A stretch of DNA of 62,238 bases. Source: an uncultured Rikenella sp. (lineage in GTDB: Bacteria > Bacteroidota > Bacteroidia > Bacteroidales > VadinHA17). Made by a program: the position numbers and the translations under genes. Where the stretch lies: positions 25,942 to 88,179 of the forward strand of contig CAYPKP010000006.1 of the NCBI GenBank assembly GCA_964411345.1, given 5' to 3'. The notes beneath the pieces are model-generated. The model was not told where the DNA came from. It worked only from the letters and a program-made list of their open reading frames with translations, and searched no databases. Of the stretch, positions 36,204-46,184 are shown piece after piece; the first letter of the stretch is position 1, and each line of letters opens with the position of its first letter.

Positions 36204-37532
36204 TCAGTTACCGAATCTGGGATTGACAATGTTGTTGTAGATTGAACCGAAAGTATAGGATAGTCCTATTCCGGTTTCAATCTGATAACCCGTTGCCTGT
36301 TCCCTCAGTCTCAGGAGTCTTTCGGCTTCTGACAGATCTCCCTTGCGCAGGCTGAGCTGGTCATTTATGCGGGCAGCCTCCACGTTCAGTGTGAGAGAGA
36401 GTCCCTTGAATACCCTTATGCGGGTGAAGAGGTCTGCGGCTATCATGTTTTTGGTGAAGTCATGGAAGTAATTAAGTCCCCGGAGAGAAAAGTAGATAGA
36501 ACCCCATTTCTTCTGCACCTGGTATGCGACTCTGAGCTGATGTCCGAAAAGATTCTCGCTGGTCTTGTTGTAGATGGTGGTGTCTGCGTAATTACTGTAT
36601 TGGTAGCCAATGCTGTAGAGGAACCTGAGCTGACGGTGGGTTGCCTCGGCGTAGGGAAAGAGGTCATACTCTATTGAGGGCATGATCGTAGTATTGAAAT
36701 CGTAGTTCTCGGATGTCGAAGAATTCATCTCCCAGATCAGTCCGGCAGACCAGTGGTCACCAAGACTCTTTACAATGAGGTTCTCCAGTCTTTCGTAACT
36801 TCTGAGGTAGGTCGTGTCGAGGTCATCCTCGATGAATCTCTGTTTCGTGTATCTCTGATCGAAATCGATTTCAAGCTTGATATCCGGGGTGATTTTTGTG
36901 ATCCGGAGTGAATTCTCAAGTTCCAGCCGCTTATAGGATTCTTCAGAATTATACTGCGGGCTTGTTGAGATCTCAAACACCCAGTTTCTCCATTTGTCGG
37001 TGACCTCCTCCTGCTCAATGGCACTGCCGTGTGTTATATCTATCTCATGAATGACCGGTGTCCTGCTGGCGAACCTCAGCAGTCCGGCCTTCAGAAGATT
37101 GGTGCGCCGCTCCCTGATCTCCGTTGAGGTTTCGTACGGGTTGCTGATGTAGGTCAGCGTATCGTCCATACCTGCAAAAATGTCCATGCCGTGAAACACA
37201 TAGGTATAAAGGTTGCCGCCATTGCCGGAATTCTGTCTGGTGACAAGCACGTATACCTGCGCTTCCCGGACATCCCTGACATAATTTATCCACGGGATCT
37301 CCTGACGTGTAAAACTCATGTCGCAGCTGCTGCAATCGATAAATACCCTGGCGGCATCCTGTCTCAGTTTGATGGCAGGTTGGGGAGCCTGCTCCGCGGG
37401 GATGCCCGTTTCCGGAGAGTCATTTTGCCTCAGGTTTCTGCCAGTGGCAGGATTATCCTGTGAGGCTGCGGTGAATGTAAGGAGGGTTGTAAGCAGAAAA
37501 ATAAGCAGCAGTCTGATGTTGTTTTGGATCAT
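36204..37532 (-). CDS. Conserved hypothetical, probable outer-membrane beta-barrel protein
   Basis: Leader TAAS|Q; alternating aromatic strands; C-terminal GLSYTFGSIYNNIVNPRF. Confidence 0.6.
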   Translation of the reverse strand: MIQNNIRLLLIFLLTTLLTFTAASQDNPATGRNLRQNDSPETGIPAEQAPQPAIKLRQDAARVFIDCSSCDMSFTRQEIPWINYVRDVREAQVYVLVTRQNSGNGGNLYTYVFHGMDIFAGMDDTLTYISNPYETSTEIRERRTNLLKAGLLRFASRTPVIHEIDITHGSAIEQEEVTDKWRNWVFEISTSPQYNSEESYKRLELENSLRITKITPDIKLEIDFDQRYTKQRFIEDDLDTTYLRSYERLENLIVKSLGDHWSAGLIWEMNSSTSENYDFNTTIMPSIEYDLFPYAEATHRQLRFLYSIGYQYSNYADTTIYNKTSENLFGHQLRVAYQVQKKWGSIYFSLRGLNYFHDFTKNMIAADLFTRIRVFKGLSLTLNVEAARINDQLSLRKGDLSEAERLLRLREQATGYQIETGIGLSYTFGSIYNNIVNPRFGN

Positions 37533-37807
37533 AAGGTGTTGTGGCTGAATTTAGCAGCCGCAAATATATTCAAAAGAAAAGAGCAGGGAGATGTTTTATG
37601 GCAAATGCATCAGTTGAATGCTGCCGGTGCGGTTTGAGCAAGCCCGGCAAAAGGCGCATATGGTTTTGAAATGAACACTTTTAGCAGGTTGTAGCTCTCT
37701 GCACGGTTTAATATTTTTTAACATAGTGCGGGTGTCCTCGTAGCGGTAACCATAGCTGAGCGGGGTGTATGTAAATCAGGCAAGAGTATTTCCGGGGGTT
37801 GCAGTCG

Positions 37808-38785
37808 TCAGCGTGGCATAAGAGTGGCACTGTCGCCGAAGATCTCGATGCTTCCGTTCCTTCCCTTGCCGCTGAAGATGACGCGGTCTGTGCCTCTCTC
37901 GGTGAGTGTCAGGCTGATGACCGAGGTCATGCTCTCCTCTATGCGGCCGTCCATCAGTCCCCTGACGGGGGCTGCCAGTCCTGTTGCAGCATCAACGGGG
38001 GCAGTAACGCTCAGTGTGCCTAACCTGTTGCTGAACCGGATTTCAACTTCAGAGCCGTCAAATGAAAGTCTGCTGAGCCGCGACCTGTTGTATTCAGTAA
38101 AGCGGTACAGCCGGTTTTCGAGCCAGAAACCGGCAATAAATCCCGTGAAGTTGCCTGTAACCCACGGGATACGTGCAACGGAAGCCTTGAATGAGATACC
38201 GGGCCTCTCAAAGTGGTTAGACTGCATCCATATGTATGCTGAAGGAAAGGAGTGCCCCCAGTCTTTTTCAATATAACCTCTGCCACCGGAAAAGTCAATC
38301 TCCTCGCCGTTGATGACCAGGGAACCGGTGATACCGTGGTCCATGCTTACGATGCCGTGATTGCACTCCATGAAGGGTGCGAAGGTATAGGGGCCCATGA
38401 TGCCGGGAGAGTACCACCGCGATGGCCACGGAACAGTGTCAGAGAAGTGGAGTGTTCCCCTGGCATCCGGCAGGTCAAGTGTCATGCTGCAGGCGGAAAA
38501 ACTGTTGCCGGCCAGAGTAAGCCCGAACTTTCTGTCAGAGGGGGTGAACAGTGCTGCATCAAAGGAATGGTACCGTGATTTTTTTTCTGTACCGTCGAGA
38601 AGCTGTACGAAGGCATGGCTCTTCCCTTCTTCGTCCATTGCTATTCCCGGGATGAAGGCATATGCTCTTGATCCTGAGGCATTCACCACCTTGAAGTACC
38701 AACCTTCAAAGTATTTCCTCCTGTTGCCCCAGCCCTGGTACATGGCTGGATCAAAGAGTGATCTGATTTTGGCGGTCAGGTTCAT
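37808..38785 (-). CDS. Tocopherol cyclase-like protein
   Basis: YFEGWYFK, GIMGPYTF.PFMECNHG, GRGYIEKDWG.SFP..YIW.QSN, SVARIPW. Confidence 0.85.
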   Translation of the reverse strand: MNLTAKIRSLFDPAMYQGWGNRRKYFEGWYFKVVNASGSRAYAFIPGIAMDEEGKSHAFVQLLDGTEKKSRYHSFDAALFTPSDRKFGLTLAGNSFSACSMTLDLPDARGTLHFSDTVPWPSRWYSPGIMGPYTFAPFMECNHGIVSMDHGITGSLVINGEEIDFSGGRGYIEKDWGHSFPSAYIWMQSNHFERPGISFKASVARIPWVTGNFTGFIAGFWLENRLYRFTEYNRSRLSRLSFDGSEVEIRFSNRLGTLSVTAPVDAATGLAAPVRGLMDGRIEESMTSVISLTLTERGTDRVIFSGKGRNGSIEIFGDSATLMPR

Positions 38786-38810
38786 AGGCCTGTCTGTGGA
38801 GGTTGAAGTT

Positions 38811-38818
38811 CAAACATA
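38811..38818 (-). promoter_or_regulatory. -7 element (TATGTTTG) upstream of the tocopherol cyclase-like gene
   Basis: CAAACATA on + strand, 25 nt upstream of the start. Confidence 0.45.
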
Positions 38819-38921
38819 CAAATTTCAGCTGATCGTAGATATGAAAAAACAAGGGCTGTCCCTTTTTCCCCATCCGTCAGGGAAACAACCGTGACGGAGA
38901 AAGGTTGTCGGGTTGCCGAAA

Positions 38922-40232
38922 TTACCGAAGACCCTCTTTATAGGTTTTCAGGGCTCTCTCCCTTGCCAGGGCATGTTCAACGATAACCCCCGGGTATTCG
39001 GGGGTTTCAAGTTCGGGCACCCATCTCCTGACATATGCCATGTCGGGGTCAAACTTCCTTGTCTGTTCCGAAGGGTTAAAGACCCTGAAGTACGGGGCGG
39101 CGTCGCATCCGGATCCTGCCGCCCACTGCCAGTTGCCGTTGTTTGATGAGAGCTCGTAGTCGAGAAGCCTGGACGCGAACCAGGCCTCTCCCCAGCGCCA
39201 GTCGGTGAGCAGGTGTTTGGCAAGAAAGCTGGCTGTGATCATTCTCACCCTGTTATGCATGAAGCCGGTGGCGTTGAGCTCGCGCATGCCGGCATCAACA
39301 ATCGGGTATCCGGTCATCCCGTTGCACCAGCGCTCAAACTCCTCCTCGTTATTGCGCCAGATGATGTTGTCATACTTTATTCTGAAGGAGTTGTCGACTA
39401 CACGGGGGAAGTGCCACAGTATGCTCATGAAGAACTCCCGCCATATCAGTTCATTGAGCCATGCCTCACTCAGCGGTACGGCGGCAGCGACCAGCCTGCG
39501 GATGCTGACCGTGCCGAAACGGAGGTGTATTCCCAGTCGTGTTGTGCCTTCGATTGACGGAATATTGCGTGTTGTGTGATAGCCGGCAATGATGCCGGTA
39601 TCGATAACAGGTGGTTTGAACTGCATGTCCGTCGCGGCAAAGCCTGTCTCTTCAAGTGACGGCAACGGGAAAGGACCGGTTTTTACAAGTTTGTCCATCA
39701 GTTGCTCCGACGGGCTGACAGTCAGATCATCCTGTGTGAGCTTCTTCTTCCAGGCTTTGGAATAGGGAGTGAAAACGGTATAGGGTGTCCCGTCCGACTT
39801 CACCACCTCGTTTTTTTCGAATATAACCTGGTCTTTGAAAGAGTGGAACGGGACTCCGGATTTTTCGAGCATCGTCCTGATCTGCCGGTCGCGCTCCAGG
39901 GCATAGGGTTCATAGTCGCTGTTGGCATAGAGAGCCCTGACATCATATTCTGCAAGCAGTTGGCGTATGGCCTGTTCCGGTGTGCCGTGCATCACCCGCA
40001 GTGAGGATCCTGCTGCAGTGATTTCTTGCTGCAGTGCTTCAAGGGCACCATGGATGAAGGAGATCCGGCGGTCTCGCCTCTCTTCAAGTTTTCCGAGGAT
40101 ATTCTTGTCAAAAATGAATACCGGCAGCACACTGTATCCCGACTTCAGGGCATGGGCAAGTCCCACGTTGTCATCCAGCCGCAGGTCGCGCCTTAACCAG
40201 AAGAGGGCTACAGGTTCTTTACTCCTTGTCAT
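38922..40232 (-). CDS. phr: Deoxyribodipyrimidine (CPD) photolyase
   Basis: WLRRDLRLDDN, HLRFGTVS, WREFF, TGYPIVDAGMREL..TGFMHNRVRM, DWRWGE, NNGNWQW, PYFRVFNP. Confidence 0.93.
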   Translation of the reverse strand: MTRSKEPVALFWLRRDLRLDDNVGLAHALKSGYSVLPVFIFDKNILGKLEERRDRRISFIHGALEALQQEITAAGSSLRVMHGTPEQAIRQLLAEYDVRALYANSDYEPYALERDRQIRTMLEKSGVPFHSFKDQVIFEKNEVVKSDGTPYTVFTPYSKAWKKKLTQDDLTVSPSEQLMDKLVKTGPFPLPSLEETGFAATDMQFKPPVIDTGIIAGYHTTRNIPSIEGTTRLGIHLRFGTVSIRRLVAAAVPLSEAWLNELIWREFFMSILWHFPRVVDNSFRIKYDNIIWRNNEEEFERWCNGMTGYPIVDAGMRELNATGFMHNRVRMITASFLAKHLLTDWRWGEAWFASRLLDYELSSNNGNWQWAAGSGCDAAPYFRVFNPSEQTRKFDPDMAYVRRWVPELETPEYPGVIVEHALARERALKTYKEGLR

Positions 40233-40824
40233 ACATGTCAGCTCTTGCCTCCTTTTGCGTCTGTTTTTTTCTGAGCTTACGCCGTATACGGGTGAAGACG
40301 AAGAGAATCAGAAGCAGGAAGACGGCAATAACAAAGAATGGTATTACAAGCGAGAGGAGGGAGGTGCCTGTGGCGGCGACATTCTCGACGGTAGCCACCA
40401 CGGGATTTCCTAATCCGGCTGTCAGTTTGGTGGAGGTGAGCCTGGTCAGGGCGCTGCCGCTCTGGACGACGGCGGCACTGCCACCGCCCACGGCAGCACC
40501 GGTGATCCACCTCATCAGCTCACTGTCAATAGGCAAAACGCTGGTCAGGAGCAGCGTCCCGGCAACGACAGCCAGTGGAGTGGCAATGGTATCAAGCAGG
40601 TTGTCGACCACGGGGATGTAATAGGCAATGATCTCCACCAGGGTGGCTGTGGCAAGTATGACAATGGAGGTCCATGATGCAAGCCACATGAAGCTCTCAT
40701 TCAGCGGCAGGAAGCCTGCCTTTGCCGCCACGGCGGCAACGAGCATCGGAACGAAGACCCGGAAGCCGGTGCTGGCAGCCAGCCCGATACCTATTGCCAC
40801 TGCCGTGATTAACTCAGCACTCAT
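40219..40824 (-). CDS. DUF4126 membrane protein
   Basis: GIGLAASTGFRVFVP, YYIPVVDNLLD, GLGNPVVATVE. Confidence 0.85.
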   Translation of the reverse strand: MSAELITAVAIGIGLAASTGFRVFVPMLVAAVAAKAGFLPLNESFMWLASWTSIVILATATLVEIIAYYIPVVDNLLDTIATPLAVVAGTLLLTSVLPIDSELMRWITGAAVGGGSAAVVQSGSALTRLTSTKLTAGLGNPVVATVENVAATGTSLLSLVIPFFVIAVFLLLILFVFTRIRRKLRKKQTQKEARADMYDKE

Positions 40825-40870
40825 AGTACGTGTATCTTTTTATACTGGTTGTTCATATACAATTGTCATT

Positions 40871-42133
40871 TTACCTGCAAGGGAGAAGAGAGTTCTCGCG
40901 GAGAGCTTTCAGGACTGCCTCCTGAAAATCATAAAATGAGTGTGAGGGCTTTTTGAACACCCCGTCGCGTATGCCGTTCATTATTATGATGAATCCGTAT
41001 TTTCCTGCGGGATCAAAAAAGAGGGCCGAAAATAATCCGTATGCAGAACCAGTATGCCCGATCATCCGTACTCCTTCAGGCAGGGGTTCATCGGATGCCG
41101 GTTCGGGAAGTATGTGAACACTGAGGCCCCGGCTGAAGCTCCGTGCCTCTTCAGCTTCACCGTTGCTTCCGTCGGATGTCCACTGGGGTTTCTGCATCAT
41201 TTTTATGCTTTTGCGGGAGACGATCCGCTCGCCGCCGTACTTGCCTCCGTCAATGTGGAGAATCATAATCCGCGCCAGCTCTGCTGCGGAGATCCTCAGT
41301 CCTCCCTGCGGGGAGAAGACCGCACCGTTGGTGCCTGTTTTATATCCTGAGAAATCACGCGGGGAACTCATCACCCCCCTGAAGTCATCTGTCTGGGGGG
41401 TCCATGCACCGTCAATGTACCTGTAAATCACTGCCATGTTGTTTATGTCAGTCACTCCCTCGGGAATGTAGGAACCGGTTATACCAAGAGGAACAAAAAG
41501 GTTCTGTTGGATGAAATCTTCAAACCTCTGACCCGTGATCCTCTCAATGATGGTACCTGCCAGTCCGAAATTGGCGTTGCAGTAGGAGTAGTAGACACCC
41601 GGAGCCTCTTTTCTCCACATGTCTTCAGTGTAGTAGCTGCCTCCGGGCGACAGCATCTCAGTAAAGGAGGGAGGATTGCTGACATTTTCATAAGTATACA
41701 TGAGGAACGGATCATATCCGCTGCCCTCATTGATGGAGCTTGTATGCAGCAGGAGCATCCTGACGGTTATGGGTTTGTCGGGGTGGTTGGGGTTTCTGAC
41801 GGGGAACCCCAGGTATGTGCCTATGTCCTCATCCAGGTTCAGCATCCTGCTGTCACGCAGCTTCATCATGGCGGTGGTCATGACGAACTTCGAGATTGAG
41901 GCGATGCGGTATTTGGTGCTCTCGTTAACCGGCAGGTTCCTTTCATAGTCCCTGAGCCCTGCATGCCATGTTCCGGTCAGCTTCCCGTCACAGACCACGG
42001 CAACGGATAGTCCCATTATGTTGAAATCGTCCCTGATACTTTCCACTGCCGTCTGCATCTGTGCGTTCAGGCTCTGCATCAGGCCGCCAAACAGCACTAC
42101 TGACACAATAGTTTTAACTGCTGTGTTTATCAT
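40871..42133 (-). CDS. Serine hydrolase, beta-lactamase/PBP (class C-like) family, exported
   Basis: SxxK (IASISK), YxN-like (YSYCNANF), HTG triad; leader SLNA|Q. Confidence 0.85.
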   Translation of the reverse strand: MINTAVKTIVSVVLFGGLMQSLNAQMQTAVESIRDDFNIMGLSVAVVCDGKLTGTWHAGLRDYERNLPVNESTKYRIASISKFVMTTAMMKLRDSRMLNLDEDIGTYLGFPVRNPNHPDKPITVRMLLLHTSSINEGSGYDPFLMYTYENVSNPPSFTEMLSPGGSYYTEDMWRKEAPGVYYSYCNANFGLAGTIIERITGQRFEDFIQQNLFVPLGITGSYIPEGVTDINNMAVIYRYIDGAWTPQTDDFRGVMSSPRDFSGYKTGTNGAVFSPQGGLRISAAELARIMILHIDGGKYGGERIVSRKSIKMMQKPQWTSDGSNGEAEEARSFSRGLSVHILPEPASDEPLPEGVRMIGHTGSAYGLFSALFFDPAGKYGFIIIMNGIRDGVFKKPSHSFYDFQEAVLKALRENSLLPCR

Positions 42134-43686
42134 CTTCCTGTTATTACTGCAAATTTACATACTGATCGCCCGGTTTCGGTCTGCAGCACGCAGAAATATA
42201 TCCCCGGGGGGTAGTCACCGGCATAAAGTGTTATGCTGTAGATTCCCGGTTGCATAATCCCGTCTGCCAGTGAGGCGACGAGTCTGCCGTCAGTGCCGTA
42301 GACCTGCATGACTGCACGTGATCTGCGGAGGATGCGGTAATCGATTACTGCGATGTCACTTACCGGGCTGGGAGTAACGGTGATGATCTGACCCTCATCA
42401 TCTGTGAATGTTCCCTCATCTGAAGAGGTAGTTCCCGTGATGGCTGCTTTCAGGCCGTTCCACAGCTCGTCGCGGCCTGCCTCATAGCTCAGGGCCCATA
42501 TGCCTATCCCTGCCAGGTGGAGGTCCATAGCCAGATTGTTCTTTATCTGGAGGCTGAGGCTGTCATCGTACCACATCTGCCGCCATTGCCCGGAGCTCTG
42601 GTAGCTTATCCACGGCACGCCGGTTGTCTGATCAAAGATTACAGTGTGACTGGCTGCCAGGTTGAGGGCGTTGTTGTAGAGTCGCGATGTACCCGTGCCG
42701 GTGGTGGCGGCTTTTCTGTTGCTGCTGGTCACGGGCCAGTCGTAGCCGTACCATGGCACCCCGAGCAGCAGTTTGCCGGGGGGCACGCCGTCGTTGATAT
42801 AATCCTCATTCAGGCTTCGGGTGATGTTGTAGTTCTCACCGGAAACGGGGGCTACCGGTCCGGCAGTGGAAGACCCGCTCCAGTAATAGTTGTAGCCCAT
42901 CATTATAAGATAGTCGCATATCCCTGCCAGTGCTGCAAGGTCCCATCCGTCAGACCAGTTTACTGCCGGCGTTGCGAGTGATATCTCGGCAGAGGGCAGG
43001 GCACTCCTGATGCCTCTTACGGCCCGGCGGCAGAAGCTTACCATATTGGCCTTCTGGGCTGAAGGCACGCTCTCGAAGTCGAAATTGACACCGTCACCGT
43101 TGCGTGACTGCAGCTGAAAAGCCAGGTTGTTGATGAGGTTCCACTGCTTGACGGTGTCGGTGAGCAGCGCGGTGTTGCGTGCAGAGCCGAAGTTGGTTAC
43201 AGTGAGAATCACCTTAACGCCTCTCTGGTGTGCGTAGCTGATGACTGAGGTGGTGTCCCACCCTCTCAGTGTTGTATATCCCCCGGTGGCTGTATCTACC
43301 TCGTAACTGAAGTAAGCTATGTGTGTCAGCACATCGTAATCATAATGTGTAAACGCAGCCGGAGAGGCCCAGTAGGGATGCCATCCGAAGACCATGGTAT
43401 TTTCGCCTCCGTTCTTGATGACGGTCAGCGGTGCAGGCTTCTCGCCGGCTTTTAAAGAGTATTGCCGACTGTGGACTGTGGTCCCGACGAACTGCGTAGT
43501 CGGGATTGAGTCTCCCCCGATGTCGGAGCCCCAAACTGCTGATTGGTACAGGGAGTCATATTTCTTGCCATAGTATTCGTTCTCAACCTGATGTATGCCT
43601 TTGACATCAGGCACAGGATCCTGGCCGGCAGCATTCACCATGATGAATGCGGAGAGTATCAGGGCCGGTATGATCTTGACGGGCAT
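42130..43686 (-). CDS. GH18 glycoside hydrolase with T9SS C-terminal sorting domain
   Basis: DGVNFDFE (DxDxE), MGYNY, LGVPWYG, GIGIWALSYE; C-terminal TPSPV...VYGTDGRLV...PPGIYFC..KF; start moved to 43686. Confidence 0.85.
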   Translation of the reverse strand: MPVKIIPALILSAFIMVNAAGQDPVPDVKGIHQVENEYYGKKYDSLYQSAVWGSDIGGDSIPTTQFVGTTVHSRQYSLKAGEKPAPLTVIKNGGENTMVFGWHPYWASPAAFTHYDYDVLTHIAYFSYEVDTATGGYTTLRGWDTTSVISYAHQRGVKVILTVTNFGSARNTALLTDTVKQWNLINNLAFQLQSRNGDGVNFDFESVPSAQKANMVSFCRRAVRGIRSALPSAEISLATPAVNWSDGWDLAALAGICDYLIMMGYNYYWSGSSTAGPVAPVSGENYNITRSLNEDYINDGVPPGKLLLGVPWYGYDWPVTSSNRKAATTGTGTSRLYNNALNLAASHTVIFDQTTGVPWISYQSSGQWRQMWYDDSLSLQIKNNLAMDLHLAGIGIWALSYEAGRDELWNGLKAAITGTTSSDEGTFTDDEGQIITVTPSPVSDIAVIDYRILRRSRAVMQVYGTDGRLVASLADGIMQPGIYSITLYAGDYPPGIYFCVLQTETGRSVCKFAVITGR

Positions 43687-43708
43687 GCGGGCAGGGAGGA
43701 GGCAATTG

Positions 43709-44434
43709 TCAGGTTGCCTTGAAATACTTCTTATAAATCTCCATATTGCGCTCAAGCAGGGTTACGGAGACCTCATAAGCCTTCTGGCTGTCCTGTTTCC
43801 TGAGGGCATCAAGGAGCTCTCTCTGGTACTTCATGGTGTACTCCTTCTCACCTTCAATATTTCCGTAGATGAGGTTTCTCATGCGGGGGAGGAGTGAATA
43901 GACGGGTTCCAGGCTTATTATGACGATGGGATTTCCGGTAGCCTTTGAGAGGTTCATATGGAACCGGTTGATGAGGTCGACCTCAAGCTGGGTGTTGTCA
44001 GGATTGCATTTTTCAAGATCCGCCTGGTTTTTCTGGAGGGTACGTATGTCCTCGTCACGCCTGTTGCGTGCAGCGAGCCTTGCCACCTCTGGCTCAAAGA
44101 GCCTGCGCACCTCTATGATCTGCAGTATGAGGTCCGAGTTGAACCTGAGGTCATAGAAGAGATGGAGCGAGTTGATTGCATCCTCTATCTTCAGCTCCGT
44201 GATATACATGCCGCTTCCTTTTCGGATATCGATAAGTCCGCGTGCACTCAGGCGTCGCAATGCCTCACGCAGGGCGGTGCGGCTAACCGCAAACTGGGCG
44301 CATAACTCCTTTTCCGTGGGAAGCTTCGATCCGGGCAGCAACTTCTTCTGCCTTATAGCTTCTTCAATTCTCCTCTCTATTTTCTGGCTGAGAGTGAGTC
44401 CCGAGCCGATTTTACTGAAGACGTCTTCTGCCAT
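43709..44434 (-). CDS. GntR/FadR-family transcriptional regulator
   Basis: PGSKLPTEKEL..FAVSRTALREAL..L.ARGLI..RKGSG plus an FCD-like domain. Confidence 0.92.
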   Translation of the reverse strand: MAEDVFSKIGSGLTLSQKIERRIEEAIRQKKLLPGSKLPTEKELCAQFAVSRTALREALRRLSARGLIDIRKGSGMYITELKIEDAINSLHLFYDLRFNSDLILQIIEVRRLFEPEVARLAARNRRDEDIRTLQKNQADLEKCNPDNTQLEVDLINRFHMNLSKATGNPIVIISLEPVYSLLPRMRNLIYGNIEGEKEYTMKYQRELLDALRKQDSQKAYEVSVTLLERNMEIYKKYFKAT

Positions 44435-44445
44435 GTCAGTGGTTG

Positions 44446-44464
44446 TTTGTCAGATCAGGACAAA
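44446..44464. promoter_or_regulatory. Candidate GntR operator directly upstream of gntR
   Basis: TTTGTC-AGATCAG-GACAAA inverted repeat. Confidence 0.45.
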
Positions 44465-44488
44465 GATGTTTTGTCCCGGTCATTATGT

Positions 44489-45343
44489 TTATTTATAGTG
44501 TTCCCTGTAAAACTCCAGGGCTTTTTTCACCGATCCCTGCTCCATCAGAAGTATGCGGGCTGCCTCCCTCTGGATGTCAAGCTCCTCAACTATCATCCTG
44601 GTGCCGCGCTCTATCAGCTTCTTGTTGGTGAGCTGCATGTTGACCATCTTGTTGCCTTTTACCCTGCCAAGCTTGATCATGAGCGTTGTGGTTATCATGT
44701 TCAGCACCATCTTCTGTGCGGTACCGGCCTTAAGCCGTGTGCTTCCCGTTAAAAACTCGGGTCCGACAACCACCACGACGGGGTGTTCAGCTACCTTCAC
44801 TATCGGGCTGTCAGGGTTGCATGTGATGCACCCGGTCAGGATGCCGTTCTCCCTTGCTCTCTGTACCCCTCCGATGACATATGGCGTTGTGCCGGAGGCA
44901 GCAATTCCGATAACCGAATCCTTGGTGTTGATGTTGAAAATCTCCAGCTCGCTCCACGCCTTGGCGGGGTCATCCTCGGCAGACTCCACAGCCTTGCGAA
45001 GCGCGGTCTCTCCTCCGGCAATCAGCCCGATAACCACGGTATCGGGCACACCAAAGGATGGAGGCACCTCTGAGGCGTCCAGCACCCCCAGCCTGCCGCT
45101 GGTGCCTGCCCCGAGATAGAAGAGCCTGCCGCCCTTCTGCATCCTTCCGTAAATCTGGTTGATGAGAGTCTCAATCTGAGGTATCGCCTCCCTGACGGCA
45201 AGGTGTACCTTTGCATCTTCCTGATTTATGTTGGTCAGCAACTCATTGACTGTCATCTTGTCAATATCCTCAAAGTTGGAGGGCGACTCGGTAATGCTTA
45301 GCTGTTGTCTTGTGAGACCTGCTTTACTGGTGCTTCGGTACAT
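44489..45343 (-). CDS. murQ: N-acetylmuramic acid 6-phosphate etherase
   Basis: GRLFYLGAGTSGRLGVLDASEVPPSFG, GPEFLTGSTRLKAGTAQKMVLNM, GNKMV. Confidence 0.95.
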   Translation of the reverse strand: MYRSTSKAGLTRQQLSITESPSNFEDIDKMTVNELLTNINQEDAKVHLAVREAIPQIETLINQIYGRMQKGGRLFYLGAGTSGRLGVLDASEVPPSFGVPDTVVIGLIAGGETALRKAVESAEDDPAKAWSELEIFNINTKDSVIGIAASGTTPYVIGGVQRARENGILTGCITCNPDSPIVKVAEHPVVVVVGPEFLTGSTRLKAGTAQKMVLNMITTTLMIKLGRVKGNKMVNMQLTNKKLIERGTRMIVEELDIQREAARILLMEQGSVKKALEFYREHYK

Positions 45344-46184
45344 CTGGATTCTGAATATGATATTTAACGAGGTTGTCCATCGGAGAGAGGGAGAAAATTC
45401 CCGGCTGCAACCTGTGCTCTATAAGCAGCTTCTCGAGAAATGGCCTGAAATGATATGCAATACTGCCTGTAAAATGGACAGGGAAATCCCTGGCCTCCGG
45501 ATAGGAGAGCACATTCCTTACGATGAACTCATCAAAACTGGATGTTATTATCGCCTGCAGTTCCGGTACATGCAGGTTGTCAGCGATGAAGCGCGAAAAC
45601 TGACCAAGAAATTTATTTGGGAAAGGCATGTTGTACACTCTCTCAAGTATCTGTGCGGGAGTATAGTTGTAAGTCCTGAAGAAGGTATCTATCACCTCAT
45701 CCGGGAACTGCTTCTTCAGTATGCCTGATACCAGTTTCCTGCCTATGACGGCACCGCCTCCCTCGTCGCCAAGGATATAACCAAGCGGAGAGACATTCTC
45801 GACAATATTTCTTCCGTCATAGTAGCATGAGTTGGACCCTGTGCCAATTATGCATGCAATACCTGGCTTGTCCATGCAGAGCGACCTCGCTGCACCCAGC
45901 AGGTCACTGCCGATAAACAGGTCTTCAATGCCAAAAAAGGAGGTCAGAGCTCCCTTTACCACGTCAACCTTTGAGGCGTTGCTGACCCCGGTACAGTAAA
46001 AAAAGAGTTTGCTGACACCCGCATTTGCAAGCTCAGGTATCTCCCTGCCCAGCAAACCGGTAATCTCCTCACGGTTAACAAAAAAAGGATTTATACCGGA
46101 AGATGTGTATGACTTCCCGTTACCGGTCTCTGCAACCTCTCTCCATTCAGTCTTGGTGGAGCCACTGTCAGCGATCAGTATCAT
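45324..46184 (-). CDS. BadF/BadG/BcrA/BcrD-type amino-sugar kinase (MurK/GlcNAc kinase-like)
   Basis: ILIADSGSTKTEW, SDLLGAARS, ACIIGTGSNSC, LGYILGDEGGG; directly upstream of murQ. Confidence 0.85.
   Translation of the reverse strand: MILIADSGSTKTEWREVAETGNGKSYTSSGINPFFVNREEITGLLGREIPELANAGVSKLFFYCTGVSNASKVDVVKGALTSFFGIEDLFIGSDLLGAARSLCMDKPGIACIIGTGSNSCYYDGRNIVENVSPLGYILGDEGGGAVIGRKLVSGILKKQFPDEVIDTFFRTYNYTPAQILERVYNMPFPNKFLGQFSRFIADNLHVPELQAIITSSFDEFIVRNVLSYPEARDFPVHFTGSIAYHFRPFLEKLLIEHRLQPGIFSLSPMDNLVKYHIQNPDVPKHQ

Noticed and set aside
37808-38785. Tocopherol biosynthesis
   Set aside because: No homogentisate prenyltransferase or HPPD nearby; family membership alone does not imply vitamin E synthesis
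40871-42133. Antibiotic-resistance beta-lactamase
   Set aside because: The SxxK/YxN/HTG fold is shared by esterases and DD-peptidases; nothing specific to true AmpC was seen
45990-46090. Phase-variable homopolymers (two A7 runs in the kinase gene)
   Set aside because: Short, encode ordinary Phe-Phe codons, and the frame is intact
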